Assembly (NCBI GenBank): GCA_030055515.1
Contig: JASFYI010000002.1
Location: 63,290-127,289 of the forward strand
Direction of reading: 5' to 3'
Source: Methanolinea sp.
GTDB taxonomy: Archaea > Halobacteriota > Methanomicrobia > Methanomicrobiales > Methanospirillaceae
Length of the DNA stretch: 64,000 nt
Notes under the pieces: model-generated
What the model was told of the DNA's origin: nothing
The model's database searches: none
The model's input: the letters and a program-made list of their open reading frames with translations, nothing else
In this document: piece after piece, positions 47,473 through 58,620 of the stretch
How positions within the stretch are numbered: the stretch's first letter is position 1
How the letters are laid out: each line of letters begins with the position of its first letter
Program-made: the position numbers and the translations under genes

Positions 47473-48483
47473 ATGAGCTGCACCATAGTCGTGGGCGGTT
47501 TTTTTGGTGACGAGGGGAAGGGAAAGATAGTCGCGCACCTCGCGTACCGCGACCACCCCACCATCATCTCGCGGGGAGGGGTGGGGCCGAACGCGGGGCA
47601 CACGGTGAAGGTGGGCGAGAAGGAGTACGGCGTGCGGATGGTCCCCTCCGGGTTCGTGTACCCGGGCGCACGCCTCATGATCGGGACGGGTGTCCTCGTC
47701 GACCCGGCGGTCTTCTCGCGCGAGGTGGAGATGCTCGGCGTCTCGGGGAGGATATTCGTGGACAACAGGTGCGCCATCATCGAGCAGGGCCACGTGGAGA
47801 GGGACAGGTCAAGCGCCCATCTCGCGAAGACCATCGGGAGCACGGGGAGCGGGTGTGGCCCGGCGAATGCAGACCGCGTCCTCCGCGTGGCGAAGCTCGC
47901 GAGGGACGTCCCCGAGCTCGCCCCGTACCTCGCGGACGTCCCCTACGAGATCAATACCGCCCTCGACCGTGGTGAGAACGTCCTCCTCGAGGGGACGCAG
48001 GGATTCGGGATCTCGCTCTACTACGGGACGTACCCGTACGTGACGAGCAAGGACACGTCGGCGTCGCAGGTCGCCGCGGACAACGGCGTCGGGCCCACCC
48101 GCGTGGACGAGGTCGTCGTCGTCTTCAAGGCCTACCCGACGAGGGTGGGGGAGGGGCCGTTCTCGACCGAGATGGACCGCGAGGTCTCCGACCGCCTCGG
48201 GATAAGGGAGTTTGGGACCGTGACGCACAGGCAGAGGAGGATCGGCCAGTGGGACGGGAAGATGGCACGGTACTCCGCGATGGTGAACGGCTGCACGCAG
48301 GCGGCGATCACGGGGATAGACCGGGTGGACAGGGAGTGTTTCGGGGTGACGGAGTACGGGAAGCTCACGAAAAAGGCCCGCGACTTCATCGAGCAGGCAG
48401 AGCAGGACATCGGGCGCCCGATCACGCTCATCTCGACCGGCCCGGACGTCTCGCAGGTCATCGACATCAGGGGTGAAGTGTGA
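47473..48483 (+). CDS. purA: Adenylosuccinate synthetase (short archaeal form)
   Basis: [45 protein letters not shown]. Confidence 0.96.
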   Translation: MSCTIVVGGFFGDEGKGKIVAHLAYRDHPTIISRGGVGPNAGHTVKVGEKEYGVRMVPSGFVYPGARLMIGTGVLVDPAVFSREVEMLGVSGRIFVDNRCAIIEQGHVERDRSSAHLAKTIGSTGSGCGPANADRVLRVAKLARDVPELAPYLADVPYEINTALDRGENVLLEGTQGFGISLYYGTYPYVTSKDTSASQVAADNGVGPTRVDEVVVVFKAYPTRVGEGPFSTEMDREVSDRLGIREFGTVTHRQRRIGQWDGKMARYSAMVNGCTQAAITGIDRVDRECFGVTEYGKLTKKARDFIEQAEQDIGRPITLISTGPDVSQVIDIRGEV

Positions 48484-48662
48484 GGCGCTCGCTCCTCCCG
48501 ATCCTCTGCTGCCCTGTCTGCAAGGGGGACCTCACGCTCCACGTCAGGGTCGAGGACGAGAACGAGATCCTCGAGGGGGTCCTCCACTGTCCCGCCTGTT
48601 CCGTGGATTACCCGATAGAGGACGGGATCCCCGACCTCCTCCCGAGGGAAGGGAAGTCCTGA
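48480..48662 (+). CDS. trm112: Trm112 methyltransferase activator
   Basis: [11 protein letters not shown]...EG.L.CPAC...[12 protein letters not shown]. Confidence 0.9.
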   Translation: MRRSLLPILCCPVCKGDLTLHVRVEDENEILEGVLHCPACSVDYPIEDGIPDLLPREGKS

Positions 48663-48756
48663 CCGGGCAACCGCGCCGTGTCCCGGCCCGGGATGATCGC
48701 GCGCCGCCGCGTGCCGCAAGAGGGTCTGTCCTGAGGTTTCCCCGCCGATTCCGCCC

Positions 48757-49680
48757 ATGCTCCTTTCGCGCGCCGCCACGATCCCGCTCGCCCTCCTCGT
48801 CGACAGGGTGACCGGCGACCCCCGCTCGCGGTTCCACCCCGTCGCCCTCCTCGGGAGGTTCATCGCGCTGTGGGGGGATCCCCGCCACTATCCCCGCGGA
48901 TTCCAGAGGGCCGCGGGGGCCGCCATGTGGGGGGTGACGGCAGCGCTCTTCTCCGCACCGTTCCTCCTCGCCGAGGTCCTCCTCCCGGGGCTCTCCGTCC
49001 TGCTCGTCTCCCCCTTCCTCCTCAAGGTCTGCCTCGCGTGGCGTTCGCTCGAGGAGCATGCCGGGGAAGTGGAGCGGGCGCTCTCCGCGGGCATCGAGAG
49101 GGGGAGGGAGCAGGTGAGGTACATGGTGAGCAGGGAGACGCGCGACCTCACGGAGGAGCAGGTCAGGTCGGCCGCCTACGAGTCGCTCGCGGAGAACGTC
49201 GTGGACAGCGTCGTATCCCCCCTCTTCTACTACGCCCTCCTCGGCCTCCCGGGCGCCGCGGTCTACCGCGCGGCAAACACGATGGACGCGATGCTCGGCT
49301 ACCGCGACGAGAGGGAAAGGATCGGCTGGTTTTCGGCGCGGGCCGACGACGTCCTGAATTACGTCCCTGCCCGCCTCGCGGCTGCAGTCCTCCTCGCGTA
49401 CTTCGCGGCGAGGGGACGGTTCCGGCCGGCGTGGGAGTGCCTCCGGCGCGACGGGAAGAAGCGTCCCGGCTTCAACGGGGGCCTGCCCATGGCGGCCATC
49501 GCGGGGGGGTGCGGCATCCGCTTCGAGAAGCCCGGAGCGTACACGATCGGGCCGGGGGGGAGGCCTCTCGTAGAGGCCTCGGCCGATATCATCGCCGCGT
49601 CACGCGCCTGCATCGCGGGGAGCGCCCTCCTCGCGGTGGCGATACCAATATTTTTGGGTCTCGCGGTCCAATTCATATAG
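48757..49680 (+). CDS. cbiB: Adenosylcobinamide-phosphate synthase CbiB/CobD
   Basis: GDP...[51 protein letters not shown]. Confidence 0.93.
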   Translation: MLLSRAATIPLALLVDRVTGDPRSRFHPVALLGRFIALWGDPRHYPRGFQRAAGAAMWGVTAALFSAPFLLAEVLLPGLSVLLVSPFLLKVCLAWRSLEEHAGEVERALSAGIERGREQVRYMVSRETRDLTEEQVRSAAYESLAENVVDSVVSPLFYYALLGLPGAAVYRAANTMDAMLGYRDERERIGWFSARADDVLNYVPARLAAAVLLAYFAARGRFRPAWECLRRDGKKRPGFNGGLPMAAIAGGCGIRFEKPGAYTIGPGGRPLVEASADIIAASRACIAGSALLAVAIPIFLGLAVQFI

Positions 49681-49684
49681 ACAT

Positions 49685-50581
49685 ATGAAGCTCGAGGAAT
49701 TGAGGCACGGCACCGAGCTCCTGAAACGCGGCTTCGCATCCATGCAGAAGGGAGGGGTGATCATGGATGTGGTCAACGCGGAACAGGCGCGCATCGCCGA
49801 GGAGGCCGGGGCCGTCGCGGTCATGGCACTCGAACGCGTCCCCGCGGACATCAGGAAGGCGGGGGGCGTTGCCCGCATGGCAGACCCTGCCATCATCCTC
49901 GAGATCATGGACGCGGTCTCCATCCCCGTGATGGCGAAGGTCCGGATCGGCCACTTCGTCGAGGCCCAGATCCTCGAGGCGATCGGCGTCGACATGATCG
50001 ACGAGAGCGAGGTCCTGACCCCGGCAGACGAGGAGTACCACATCGACAAGAAGGCATTCTCGGTCCCCTTCGTCTGCGGGGCGCGTGACCTCGGCGAGGC
50101 GCTCCGCCGGATCCACGAGGGCGCGGCGATGATACGGACGAAGGGGGAGGCGGGGACCGGCAACGTCGTCGAGGCCGTCCGCCACATGCGCAACATCATG
50201 GGCGAGATACGGGCGCTGCAGGGCAAGACCCCGCAGGAGATCGTGGCGAGGGCAAGGGAGCTCGAGGCACCCCCCGACCTCCTCCTCGAGACGGTGAGGA
50301 TGGGCCGGCTGCCGGTCGTCAACTTCTCCGCGGGCGGGATCGCGACGCCTGCGGACGCCGCCCTGATGATGCAGATGGGGGCAGACGGCGTCTTCGTGGG
50401 GTCAGGGATATTCCACTCGAGCAACCCGGAGAGGATGGCGCGCGCGATCGTCGAGGCGGTCACCCACTACGACGACCCGGTGGTGCTCGCCGAGGTGAGC
50501 AAGGGGCTGGGCCAGCCCATGAAGGGGATCGACGTCCATACCCTCCGCGAGGAAGAGGTGCTCCAGTACCGTGGGCGTTAG
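49685..50581 (+). CDS. pdxS: PLP synthase lyase subunit PdxS
   Basis: [56 protein letters not shown]. Confidence 0.97.
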   Translation: MKLEELRHGTELLKRGFASMQKGGVIMDVVNAEQARIAEEAGAVAVMALERVPADIRKAGGVARMADPAIILEIMDAVSIPVMAKVRIGHFVEAQILEAIGVDMIDESEVLTPADEEYHIDKKAFSVPFVCGARDLGEALRRIHEGAAMIRTKGEAGTGNVVEAVRHMRNIMGEIRALQGKTPQEIVARARELEAPPDLLLETVRMGRLPVVNFSAGGIATPADAALMMQMGADGVFVGSGIFHSSNPERMARAIVEAVTHYDDPVVLAEVSKGLGQPMKGIDVHTLREEEVLQYRGR

Positions 50582-51161
50582 ACTCGGGGTGCTGGCCCTC
50601 CAGGGGGACGTGAGCGAGCACATCCGGGGGTTCGAACGGGCACTCCGGGACGCGGGTATCCCGGACGGGACCGTCGTTCCCGTGCGGAGGCCCAGCGACC
50701 TCGGGGGGCTCTGCGGCATCGCGATCCCGGGCGGGGAGTCCACGACCATCTCCCGGCTCATCGAGAAGAACGGGCTCTTCGACCCCCTCGCCCACTTCGA
50801 CGGCGGGGTGTTCGCGACGTGCGCCGGGATGGTGCTCGCCGCGACGCGGGTGGACGACCCCCGCGTGAGGCCGCTCGGCCTCATCGAGATGACGGTGAGG
50901 CGGAACGCCTTCGGCCGCCAGAGGGAGTCATTCGAGGCCGATATCCCGGTCAGCGGGCTCGACCGCCCCTACCGCGCGTACTTCATCAGGGCACCGGTGG
51001 CAACCGGCGTCGGCCCCGGCGTCGAGGTCCTCGCGCGGGTCGACGAGGGGATCGTCGCCGTGAGGAAGGGCAAGCACGTCGCGCTCTCGTTCCACCCCGA
51101 GCTCGGGGAGGACACGAGGGTCCACGGGATTTTCCTCGAGGGCCTCGGGATACTGGAGTGA
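50571..51161 (+). CDS. pdxT: PLP synthase glutaminase subunit PdxT
   Basis: [43 protein letters not shown]. Confidence 0.96.
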   Translation: MGVRLGVLALQGDVSEHIRGFERALRDAGIPDGTVVPVRRPSDLGGLCGIAIPGGESTTISRLIEKNGLFDPLAHFDGGVFATCAGMVLAATRVDDPRVRPLGLIEMTVRRNAFGRQRESFEADIPVSGLDRPYRAYFIRAPVATGVGPGVEVLARVDEGIVAVRKGKHVALSFHPELGEDTRVHGIFLEGLGILE

Positions 51162-51371
51162 CTCCCGGTCGCTGGAAATCCGCTCATTTTCTGGTTTCCA
51201 TCGTCTGGTCGATGATCGTGTAGCTCTCCCCGGAGAGGGAGGTGACCGTCACGACGACGCGGTCTTCTCTTCTCCTTTATTGTGTTTTTCACCGCGTGGA
51301 GGGTGAGAGCTTGGGAAATCTCGGTATTGCCTGATTCGAAAAGAGTTCCCTCGCCCGGGAAAAAAAGATGT

Positions 51372-53402
51372 TTACCCGATGAACAACGGCGCGAAGACCA
51401 CCGAGACGATGGCCATCAGCTTGAGGAGGATGTTGAGGGCAGGTCCCGCCGTGTCCTTGAACGGGTCGCCGACCGTGTCCCCGGTGACCGCCGCCTTGTG
51501 CGCGGCAGAGCCCTTCCCGCCGAGATGGCCCTGCTCGATGTACTTCTTCGCGTTGTCCCACGCGCCGCCCGTGTTTGCCATCATCACGGCCACGATGAAG
51601 CCGCTCGCGATCGACCCGACGAGCAGGCCGGCAAGCGCGTGCGTGCCGAGGACGAGGCCGACGAGGAGCGGCGCGGCGATCGCGAGCATTCCCGGGGCGA
51701 CCATCTGCCGGAGGGCGGCATTCGTGGAGATCGTGATGCAGGCCCCGTAGTCAGGGTCCGCCTTCCTCTCCATGAGGCCGGGGATCTCCTTGAACTGGCG
51801 CCGGACCTCCTGGACAATGAATCCCGCGGCCTTCCCCACGGCCGTCATCGCGAAGGAGCAGAAAAGGAACGGGAGCATGGCGCCGATCAGGACGCCGACG
51901 AAGACGACCGGCTCGAGCATGTTCACGATCTCGAGCTTCACCGCCTGCGAGTACGCCGCGAAGAGTCCCAGCGCGGTGAGCGCGGCCCCGCCGATCGCGA
52001 AGCCCTTCCCTATAGCGGCTGTGGTGTTCCCGACGGCGTCCAGCGTGTCGGTGATCCCGCGCACCTCCTTGGGCTGGTGGGACATCTCGGCGATCCCTCC
52101 CGCGTTGTCCGCGACGGGCCCGTACGCGTCGACCGAGAGCGTGATCCCGAGGGTCGCGAGCATCCCGACACCGGCGATCGCGACGCCGTAGAGCCCTGCC
52201 TGCTGGGCCGCGACCAGGATGGCGGTGACCACGATCACGACGGGGAAGAGAGTGCTCTCGAACCCGACGGCAAGGCCGGTGATGATGTTCGTCGCGGCAC
52301 CGGTCTCGCTCGCCCGCGCGATCCGCTGGGTGGGCGACCGCTCGTACGACGTGTAGAACTCGGTCACGAGCCCTATGAGGAATCCCGCGACGAGACCGGC
52401 GACGGTCGCGACGAACACGCCGAGGTACTGGGGCCCGAGGAGCGTCGTCACGAGGTAGTACACGGCCGCCACGGTGAGGAGGAGGCTCACGAATGTCCCG
52501 GTATTGAATGCCTTGTGGATCGCGCCGCTCTCGTTCTTCTCGCTCCGCACGAAGAAGCTCCCGATGATGGACGCGATGATCCCGAGGGCCGCGATCATCA
52601 TCGGCAGGAGGATGAGGTTGAGGGATTCGACTCCCACGAACCGGGCTGCCGCGACTGCAGAAACCCCCATCAGCATCGTCGCGACGATCGACCCCACGTA
52701 GGACTCGTAGAGGTCGGCGCCCATCCCCGCGATGTCCCCCACGTTGTCCCCCACGTTGTCCGCGATGACCGCCGGGTTCCTCGGGTCGTCCTCCGGGATG
52801 CCCGCCTCTATCTTCCCGACGAGGTCGGCACCGACGTCCGCGGCCTTCGTGAATATTCCGCCGCCGACGCGTGCGAAGAGGGCGATGGAACTCGCACCGA
52901 GCGAGAAGCCGGAGAGGATGCTGACGATCTCGGGGAGGTCGAGGGGCGTGAGGGCAGAGAGGCCAAGGAAGAGGACGGAGAGCCCGAGGAGTCCGAGCCC
53001 AACGACTGTCAGTCCCATCACGGTCCCGGAGGCATAAGAGACCCGGAATGCCCGCGCCATCCCCTCGCGCGCGGCGTTCGTCGTCCGGACGTTGGCCATC
53101 GTGGCCGCCGACATCCCGATGAACCCCGCGGTCGCGGAGAGGGTCGCACCCACGACGAACGCGAGTGAAGTGAGGGGGTGGATCCCGGGGATGAGGTACA
53201 GCACGAGGGCGAGGGCAGTCACGAAGACAGCGATCGCCTTGTACTGGTTCTTCAGGTACACCATCGACCCCAGCCGGATCGCACCGGCGATCTTCTGCAT
53301 CAGCTCTGTCCCTGTGCCCTCCCGCTTCATGAGGAAGAACGAGTACCCGGCAAAGACGAGGCCGAGAATGGCACAGGCAGGAACAATCAGGATCATATCC
53401 AT
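51372..53402 (-). CDS. hppA: Membrane pyrophosphatase, K+-dependent type, probably Na+-translocating
   Basis: [44 protein letters not shown] (Ala form, K+-dependent), [15 protein letters not shown]. Confidence 0.95.
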   Translation of the reverse strand: MDMILIVPACAILGLVFAGYSFFLMKREGTGTELMQKIAGAIRLGSMVYLKNQYKAIAVFVTALALVLYLIPGIHPLTSLAFVVGATLSATAGFIGMSAATMANVRTTNAAREGMARAFRVSYASGTVMGLTVVGLGLLGLSVLFLGLSALTPLDLPEIVSILSGFSLGASSIALFARVGGGIFTKAADVGADLVGKIEAGIPEDDPRNPAVIADNVGDNVGDIAGMGADLYESYVGSIVATMLMGVSAVAAARFVGVESLNLILLPMMIAALGIIASIIGSFFVRSEKNESGAIHKAFNTGTFVSLLLTVAAVYYLVTTLLGPQYLGVFVATVAGLVAGFLIGLVTEFYTSYERSPTQRIARASETGAATNIITGLAVGFESTLFPVVIVVTAILVAAQQAGLYGVAIAGVGMLATLGITLSVDAYGPVADNAGGIAEMSHQPKEVRGITDTLDAVGNTTAAIGKGFAIGGAALTALGLFAAYSQAVKLEIVNMLEPVVFVGVLIGAMLPFLFCSFAMTAVGKAAGFIVQEVRRQFKEIPGLMERKADPDYGACITISTNAALRQMVAPGMLAIAAPLLVGLVLGTHALAGLLVGSIASGFIVAVMMANTGGAWDNAKKYIEQGHLGGKGSAAHKAAVTGDTVGDPFKDTAGPALNILLKLMAIVSVVFAPLFIG

Positions 53403-53497
53403 ACAGTCGAACCTCCGGAAAATTCTCGTGAATCTCTACGCACTCTCTCGTTGCGCCTGAGATCAATTGGTCGCCGGGGATAAAAAGCAGGCTGATA

Positions 53498-54895
53498 TCA
53501 GGTGAAGTCGAGGAGCCGGTACCCGAGCGTCTGGAGGTCGAGGAGGACTGCCTTCCCGGGCGTGGGAGTGATGTTCACCTGTTTCTGGAACGTCGTCTGG
53601 CCCTGCCACGTCCCGGCGTTGACGCAGAGGACCCCCCTGTACTCCGCGACGCCCGCGATGTGGATGTGGCCGCAGTGGAGAACCTCGGGGATAGGGTCGA
53701 TGACGAGCGCGTCCTCCCTCCCCGGCGCGAGCGGGGTCCTCTTCCCGTAGGTGGGCGCGAGGTGGCGCCTCTGGAGCATGCCGACCATGACGGGCGCGGC
53801 ATTCTCGTAGCTCGCCCCCGGGAGCATGCCGATGTAATCATCGAGCGACCTCCCGTGGTACATGAGGACCCTCACCCCCTGGAGGCTGACCATCGCGGGG
53901 TTCTCGACGAGGATGCAGTTTTTCGGGAATTTCGCGGCGAATTCGGGGGGGATCGCGGGCTGCGGCTCTGCCTGCCGGACGACGTCGTGGTTGCCGGGGG
54001 AGACGACGATCTTCATCCTCCGGGGGAGGTCCCGGAGCATCGACCCGAGGACCTCGTACTGCTCGTGGATGTTCTTGATCGTGAGTTCCCGCTCCTGGTT
54101 CGGGTAGACCCCGATCCCGTCGACGAGGTCCCCCGCGACGAGGAGGTACGAGACCTCCGCGTCCGCGAGCCAGTCGGCGAAGCGGTTCCAGGTCTCCTCG
54201 AGGAAGGTGTTGCTCCCCACGTGGATGTCCGAGATCAGGACCGCCTGGCCCGGCCTCTCGCTCCTGAACGGCGCGTGCGAGAGGGGGATATCGGGCCGGA
54301 AGAGCTGCTCGGCGAAGAAGAGGCGGCCGTCGGAGGAGAGCGTCCCCCGGACACCGATCACCTCGTCGGGGACGAGCGTCTCGGCATCGGCATACTGGGG
54401 CCTGTCCTTGTGGAAGAGGACCTGGATGGAGGACGTCGGGTCCTCCACCTCCACCATCCGGTGGCCGTTCGCCGTCTGCCTGTTCTCGACGACGAGGCCC
54501 ATGATGGAGCAGACCTCCTGCCGGTACCGGGCACCCTTCTTCAGCGCCTCTATGGGCATCGGGGCCATCCTCGCGCGGATGCACTCGCCGAGGCGCATGT
54601 ACCGGTCGCGGAAGTACGCGGCGTAATCCGCGACTCCCGCGGCACCGCGGGATGTCCCCGCCGCGCCCCTGATTACCTCGCACTCCGGGTCGGTGAGGAA
54701 CCGGTTCCCGTCGCGCTCCTGGGAGAAACCGGGGATGTGCCGGACGGAGACCACGACGGTATCGCCGGGCACGTTCGCGATGATCCGGTCGATGAGGCCG
54801 GGGTCGTCCTTCTCCGCGATGTAGCGCACGACCTCCGGGTGGACCTGGAGTTTCGTCTGGAGGAAGCGCTGGACGATCGTCGCCGCATCGAGCAT
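53498..54895 (-). CDS. polB: DNA polymerase D small subunit DP1
   Basis: OB fold plus phosphoesterase motifs SDIHVGS, AGDLVDG.GVYP.Q, PGNHD, YHGRSLDD, RHLAPTYG, GHIH. Confidence 0.95.
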   Translation of the reverse strand: MLDAATIVQRFLQTKLQVHPEVVRYIAEKDDPGLIDRIIANVPGDTVVVSVRHIPGFSQERDGNRFLTDPECEVIRGAAGTSRGAAGVADYAAYFRDRYMRLGECIRARMAPMPIEALKKGARYRQEVCSIMGLVVENRQTANGHRMVEVEDPTSSIQVLFHKDRPQYADAETLVPDEVIGVRGTLSSDGRLFFAEQLFRPDIPLSHAPFRSERPGQAVLISDIHVGSNTFLEETWNRFADWLADAEVSYLLVAGDLVDGIGVYPNQERELTIKNIHEQYEVLGSMLRDLPRRMKIVVSPGNHDVVRQAEPQPAIPPEFAAKFPKNCILVENPAMVSLQGVRVLMYHGRSLDDYIGMLPGASYENAAPVMVGMLQRRHLAPTYGKRTPLAPGREDALVIDPIPEVLHCGHIHIAGVAEYRGVLCVNAGTWQGQTTFQKQVNITPTPGKAVLLDLQTLGYRLLDFT

Positions 54896-55010
54896 CGATC
54901 ATATATCGGCAAACCCCGATATTGGGTTTTCCTCTCCCCCGGCCGCGGGATACGGGGCCCCTTCCAATCCATTATCATGGGGCGGGGAGAAACATCTCAG
55001 GGTCCTTGGG

Positions 55011-55880
55011 ATGCCGCGACAGGGAGAGTCCGGGGAGGAACCCGGCTGGATCCAGAAGTTTCTCTCGAGCGAGAACCCGTGGATCTCGCTCGCCCGCGAG
55101 CTCGCGTGGGTGGCCGGAGTCGTGGGAGGGATTGCCCTCGCCCTCTTCCTCGTCTCGGGCACGTGGCCGGCGGTCGTCACGATCGAGTCAGAGAGCATGG
55201 TCCCCCACATGCACGTGGGGGACCTCGTCTTCGTGGTGAGTGCCGACCGGTTCGGCGAACTCCAGACGTGGGAGACCGGGAAGGCAACGGGGTACACGAA
55301 GTTCGGCGACTACGGGGACATCCTCATCTACCGGCCGAACGACGCCCCCAACCCGCCGGTCTCCATCCCGTTCGTCACGCGGGGGGTCCACCCGATCATC
55401 CACAGGGCGATGGAGAGGGTCGAGGAGGGCGAGCCCATCCCGAAGTACTTCAACCTCTACCGCGGCCAGGCGACCCCCGCCGAGTACGTCCCCGCGACCA
55501 TCCGGAATAACAGCCTCGTCCTTTCGGACGGAACGGTGGTCACCCGCGAGAACGCGGATCCCCGCGTGGGGTACGTCGTCTCGACGGGCCTGAAGAGCCC
55601 CCACGCCGGGTACATCACGAAGGGGGACAACAACCTCGTGAGCGACCAGGCAGGGTTCCTCTCCTCCGTCTCGGGCGAGGTCATCATGCCCGTCCGGGAT
55701 GACTGGGTCGTGGGAAAGGCCCTCTTCTCGGTCCCCCTCCTCGGGTACCTCCCCCTCCACATCGTCCCTGTCGCAATCATCCTCATCGCGCTCATGGTCA
55801 TCTGGGAGTACTACGCGAGGAAGAAGGAGGGGGAGCCCGGCAGGGCCCAGGGGAAACCGCGGGGGAAGAAGAGGGGGTGA
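55011..55880 (+). CDS. Signal peptidase I (S26, Sec11-type)
   Basis: TM, ESESMVP (catalytic Ser), GDLV, PIIHRA (His), ITKGDNN..D, VPLLGY. Confidence 0.9.
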   Translation: MPRQGESGEEPGWIQKFLSSENPWISLARELAWVAGVVGGIALALFLVSGTWPAVVTIESESMVPHMHVGDLVFVVSADRFGELQTWETGKATGYTKFGDYGDILIYRPNDAPNPPVSIPFVTRGVHPIIHRAMERVEEGEPIPKYFNLYRGQATPAEYVPATIRNNSLVLSDGTVVTRENADPRVGYVVSTGLKSPHAGYITKGDNNLVSDQAGFLSSVSGEVIMPVRDDWVVGKALFSVPLLGYLPLHIVPVAIILIALMVIWEYYARKKEGEPGRAQGKPRGKKRG

Positions 55881-56011
55881 GGGGGCCCCGGGACCTCCGG
55901 GCGGGACACGGGGGTATCACTCCCGTCCCGCGGGAAAATCCTGGCTTGCGGGTACAATCCGGGTGGGGATTTTTTCCAAGCCGCAGCGGTCCCCCGCGCC
56001 GCGACTTCCCT

Positions 56012-56314
56012 TCACGAGAGGATGTCGAGGGCCTCTTTCCCGGTCATCCCCTCCCGGACTCCCAGCCTCCGGGCGCTTTCGTTCGCCTCCTTCACGATCC
56101 CGGCGAGGAGGTCGCCGACCGAAGAGATCGACGGCCCGGAGGATGGCCGGACACGCGCCGCGGGGTACCCGAACCTGTCGAGCGCCGCGACGTCCACGGC
56201 GCCGCACCCGACCATCCCTTTCTTCGCGACCACGCCGACGAGGTTCACGGGCCCGAGGGGGATCACGAAACCCTCGCCCGCCGAGTTCCTCAAGGGGACA
56301 CGCTCCGTCTCCAT
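56012..56314 (-). CDS. YunC family protein
   Basis: ATG at 56314; KGMVGCGAVDV.AL, AARV, A..LGVREGMTGKEAL. Confidence 0.85.
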   Translation of the reverse strand: METERVPLRNSAGEGFVIPLGPVNLVGVVAKKGMVGCGAVDVAALDRFGYPAARVRPSSGPSISSVGDLLAGIVKEANESARRLGVREGMTGKEALDILS

Positions 56315-56395
56315 GTCCAGTTGTAGGGAAGGCGAACAGAAGAATCCCTCGTGGTGGGTTTTATATACTGCACGTTCCCAGTCTGTTGAGAAGGG

Positions 56396-57529
56396 ATGTC
56401 CCCCGATAGCATGCCCGTCCCCCGGCACCTCGAGGGGAGGGAGCTTGCGACCCTCCTCGACGACGTGCTCGGCGGGTACAGGCTCTCCGTCGGAGAGGCG
56501 GCAGCCCTCTTCCGGGTGACGGGGAGGGACGTCTGGCGGGTCGCGGAGGCCGCCGACGAGAAGAGGTCCCGCGTGGTGGGCGACGTCGTCACGTACGTGC
56601 GGAACCAGAACATCAACGTCACCAACCTCTGCGTCAACTCCTGCGGGTTCTGCGGTTTCTCGCGGAAACCGGGGGACCCGGACGCCTACTTCTACTCCCT
56701 CGAGACCGTTAGGAGGAAGGCTGCAGAGGCCCTCGCGCGGAACGTGACGGAGATCTGCACGGTCTCCGGCCTCCACCCCGATTTTGACGCGGGGTCCTAC
56801 GTGGCTATCCTCTCGGCCATCAGGGAGGGGGCGCCCGGCGTGCACATCCACGCGAGCAACCCGATGGAGGTCGCGTACGGGGCGAGGAAGAGCGGGATAT
56901 CGACCGCGGAGATGCTCAGGATGATGAAGGACGCGGGCCTCGGCTCCCTCTGCGGGACGGCCGCGGAGATCCTCGTCGACGAGGTGCGGAAGGTCATCTG
57001 CCCGGGGAAGATCCCGAGCGCGGAGTGGGAGAGGATCATCAGGGAGGCGCACGGCCTCGGGATCCCATCCACGGCGACGATCATGTACGGGCACTGCGAG
57101 ACCGAGGAGGACAGGGCCCGGCACCTCGGGATCCTGCGCAGGATACAGGACGAGACGGGGGGGTTCACGGAGTTCGTCCCCTTGAGTTACATCCACCACA
57201 AGACGCCCCTCTACAGGGGGGGCCTCGCGCGTGCGGGCGCGACGGGGCGGGAGGACATCCTCATGATCGCGGTGGGCCGCCTCTTCCTCGACAACATCCC
57301 GCACGTGCAGGTCTCGTGGGTGAAGCTCGGCGTGAAGATGGCAGAGCTCGGCCTCCTCTCGGGGGGAGACGACCTCGGGGGCACGATGTTTGAGGAGAGC
57401 ATCTCGAAGGGGGCGGGGGCGAGCGGCACGGATTACCTCGACCCCGCCGAAATGCGGCGGATCGCGGAGGATGCCGGGCGGACGCTCCGGCAGAGGACGA
57501 CCCTCTACGCGACACTCCCGGACAGGTAA
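56396..57529 (+). CDS. cofH: FO synthase subunit CofH (radical SAM)
   Basis: VTYVRNQNINVTNLCVNSCGFCGF, GTAAEIL, TATIMYGH, GFTEFVPL, QVSWVKLG, DLGGTMFEESIS. Confidence 0.92.
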   Translation: MSPDSMPVPRHLEGRELATLLDDVLGGYRLSVGEAAALFRVTGRDVWRVAEAADEKRSRVVGDVVTYVRNQNINVTNLCVNSCGFCGFSRKPGDPDAYFYSLETVRRKAAEALARNVTEICTVSGLHPDFDAGSYVAILSAIREGAPGVHIHASNPMEVAYGARKSGISTAEMLRMMKDAGLGSLCGTAAEILVDEVRKVICPGKIPSAEWERIIREAHGLGIPSTATIMYGHCETEEDRARHLGILRRIQDETGGFTEFVPLSYIHHKTPLYRGGLARAGATGREDILMIAVGRLFLDNIPHVQVSWVKLGVKMAELGLLSGGDDLGGTMFEESISKGAGASGTDYLDPAEMRRIAEDAGRTLRQRTTLYATLPDR

Positions 57530-57585
57530 GGGACAGGGAGAGTCCCCGGACCCGCGGCTGGCCGTGGGAAAAAATACGGGATTTT

Positions 57586-58137
57586 TCAATCGGGAGGCTT
57601 GAGGAGCTGCACTATCTTCTCCCCGAGTTCGTGCGCCCGCTTGAGCCCCCGTTTGTCCTTCTCGATGTCCCCCTCGAGGTAGCCCCTGCCCTTCACCCAC
57701 CCGAGGTACGAGAACTCGTGGGAGTTGAGGAACCCCTCGAGCGTCTCGATGGTCCTGTCACCCCCCTTGTTCGCGCAGACCGCGACCGCGACCGCCTTCC
57801 GGCCGGCAAGCTTCCTCTTGTGGTAGAGGGAGTAGCTCCTGTCGATGAAGTTCTTGAGGTGCCCGGAGACGTCGTAGTAGTACGTGGGGGAGCCGATGAC
57901 GAGGACCTCGCATTCGAGGACCTTCTCCATGATCCCGCTCCAGTCGTCGTTCTTCACGACGCACCAGTCGTGCTCCTTGCACTTCTCGCACCCAAGGCAG
58001 GGCTTTATCTCCTTCCCGGCGAGCGAGATGAACTCGGTCTCTATCCCCGCCCTCTCGCACGGCTCGAGCACGGCCCTTATCAGGCGCGCGGTGTTCCCGT
58101 TCTTCCGCATGCTCCCCGAGAGTCCAAGGACACTCAT
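57586..58137 (-). CDS. Iron-sulfur flavoprotein (Isf-like flavodoxin family)
   Basis: GSMRKNGNT, CLGCEKCKEHDWC, DDW, GSPTYY..VSG.LK.FIDR. Confidence 0.88.
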   Translation of the reverse strand: MSVLGLSGSMRKNGNTARLIRAVLEPCERAGIETEFISLAGKEIKPCLGCEKCKEHDWCVVKNDDWSGIMEKVLECEVLVIGSPTYYYDVSGHLKNFIDRSYSLYHKRKLAGRKAVAVAVCANKGGDRTIETLEGFLNSHEFSYLGWVKGRGYLEGDIEKDKRGLKRAHELGEKIVQLLKPPD

Positions 58138-58140
58138 GGT

Positions 58141-58620
58141 CTAACTGTCACCCTTCGGGGTTTTGATGTTTTTGCTCAGGACGGGGAGGGAGAGCGCGCG
58201 CGCGGCCTTGCCGATCGATTCCCCGGGATCGGCGGGCGAGAAGAAGAGGTGGGACCGGCACCTGCAGTCGCTGCACCCGAATCCCGGGACCGGCTCGCCG
58301 GGGAGGAGGGATGCGATGCGGCACTCCGCGCGGACGCGGGCCGGAAAGCAGTACACCGCCCGCAGCGAGAACGAGGGGCTGCAGAGGAGGTAATCGATGT
58401 GCCACCGCGTGCGCCCCTCCCCCCTCTCCGCGAGCCTCACGTGCCGGGCCACCCGCGAGAGTCCCGCCGGGCCGAGCGCCGAGCCGACGTACACGTAGTA
58501 CCCCGCCGGGAACAGGACCTCCCCGAGGGCACCCACCCTCACCGTGCAGCCGTCGCAGGAGAGGACGAGGCAGTAGGTCCCCTCACTCGCGTGTGACGCG
58601 GAGGAGTTCCCGCGCGGCAA
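58141..58620 (-). CDS. GIY-YIG-like nuclease (DUF123)
   Basis: GTYCLVL, VGALG, GYYVYVGSA, RVARH, RWHIDYL, EC.IA, GFGCSDCRCRSHL; start uncertain (TTG at 58620 or a frameshifted GTG). Confidence 0.8.
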   Translation of the reverse strand: MPRGNSSASHASEGTYCLVLSCDGCTVRVGALGEVLFPAGYYVYVGSALGPAGLSRVARHVRLAERGEGRTRWHIDYLLCSPSFSLRAVYCFPARVRAECRIASLLPGEPVPGFGCSDCRCRSHLFFSPADPGESIGKAARALSLPVLSKNIKTPKGDS

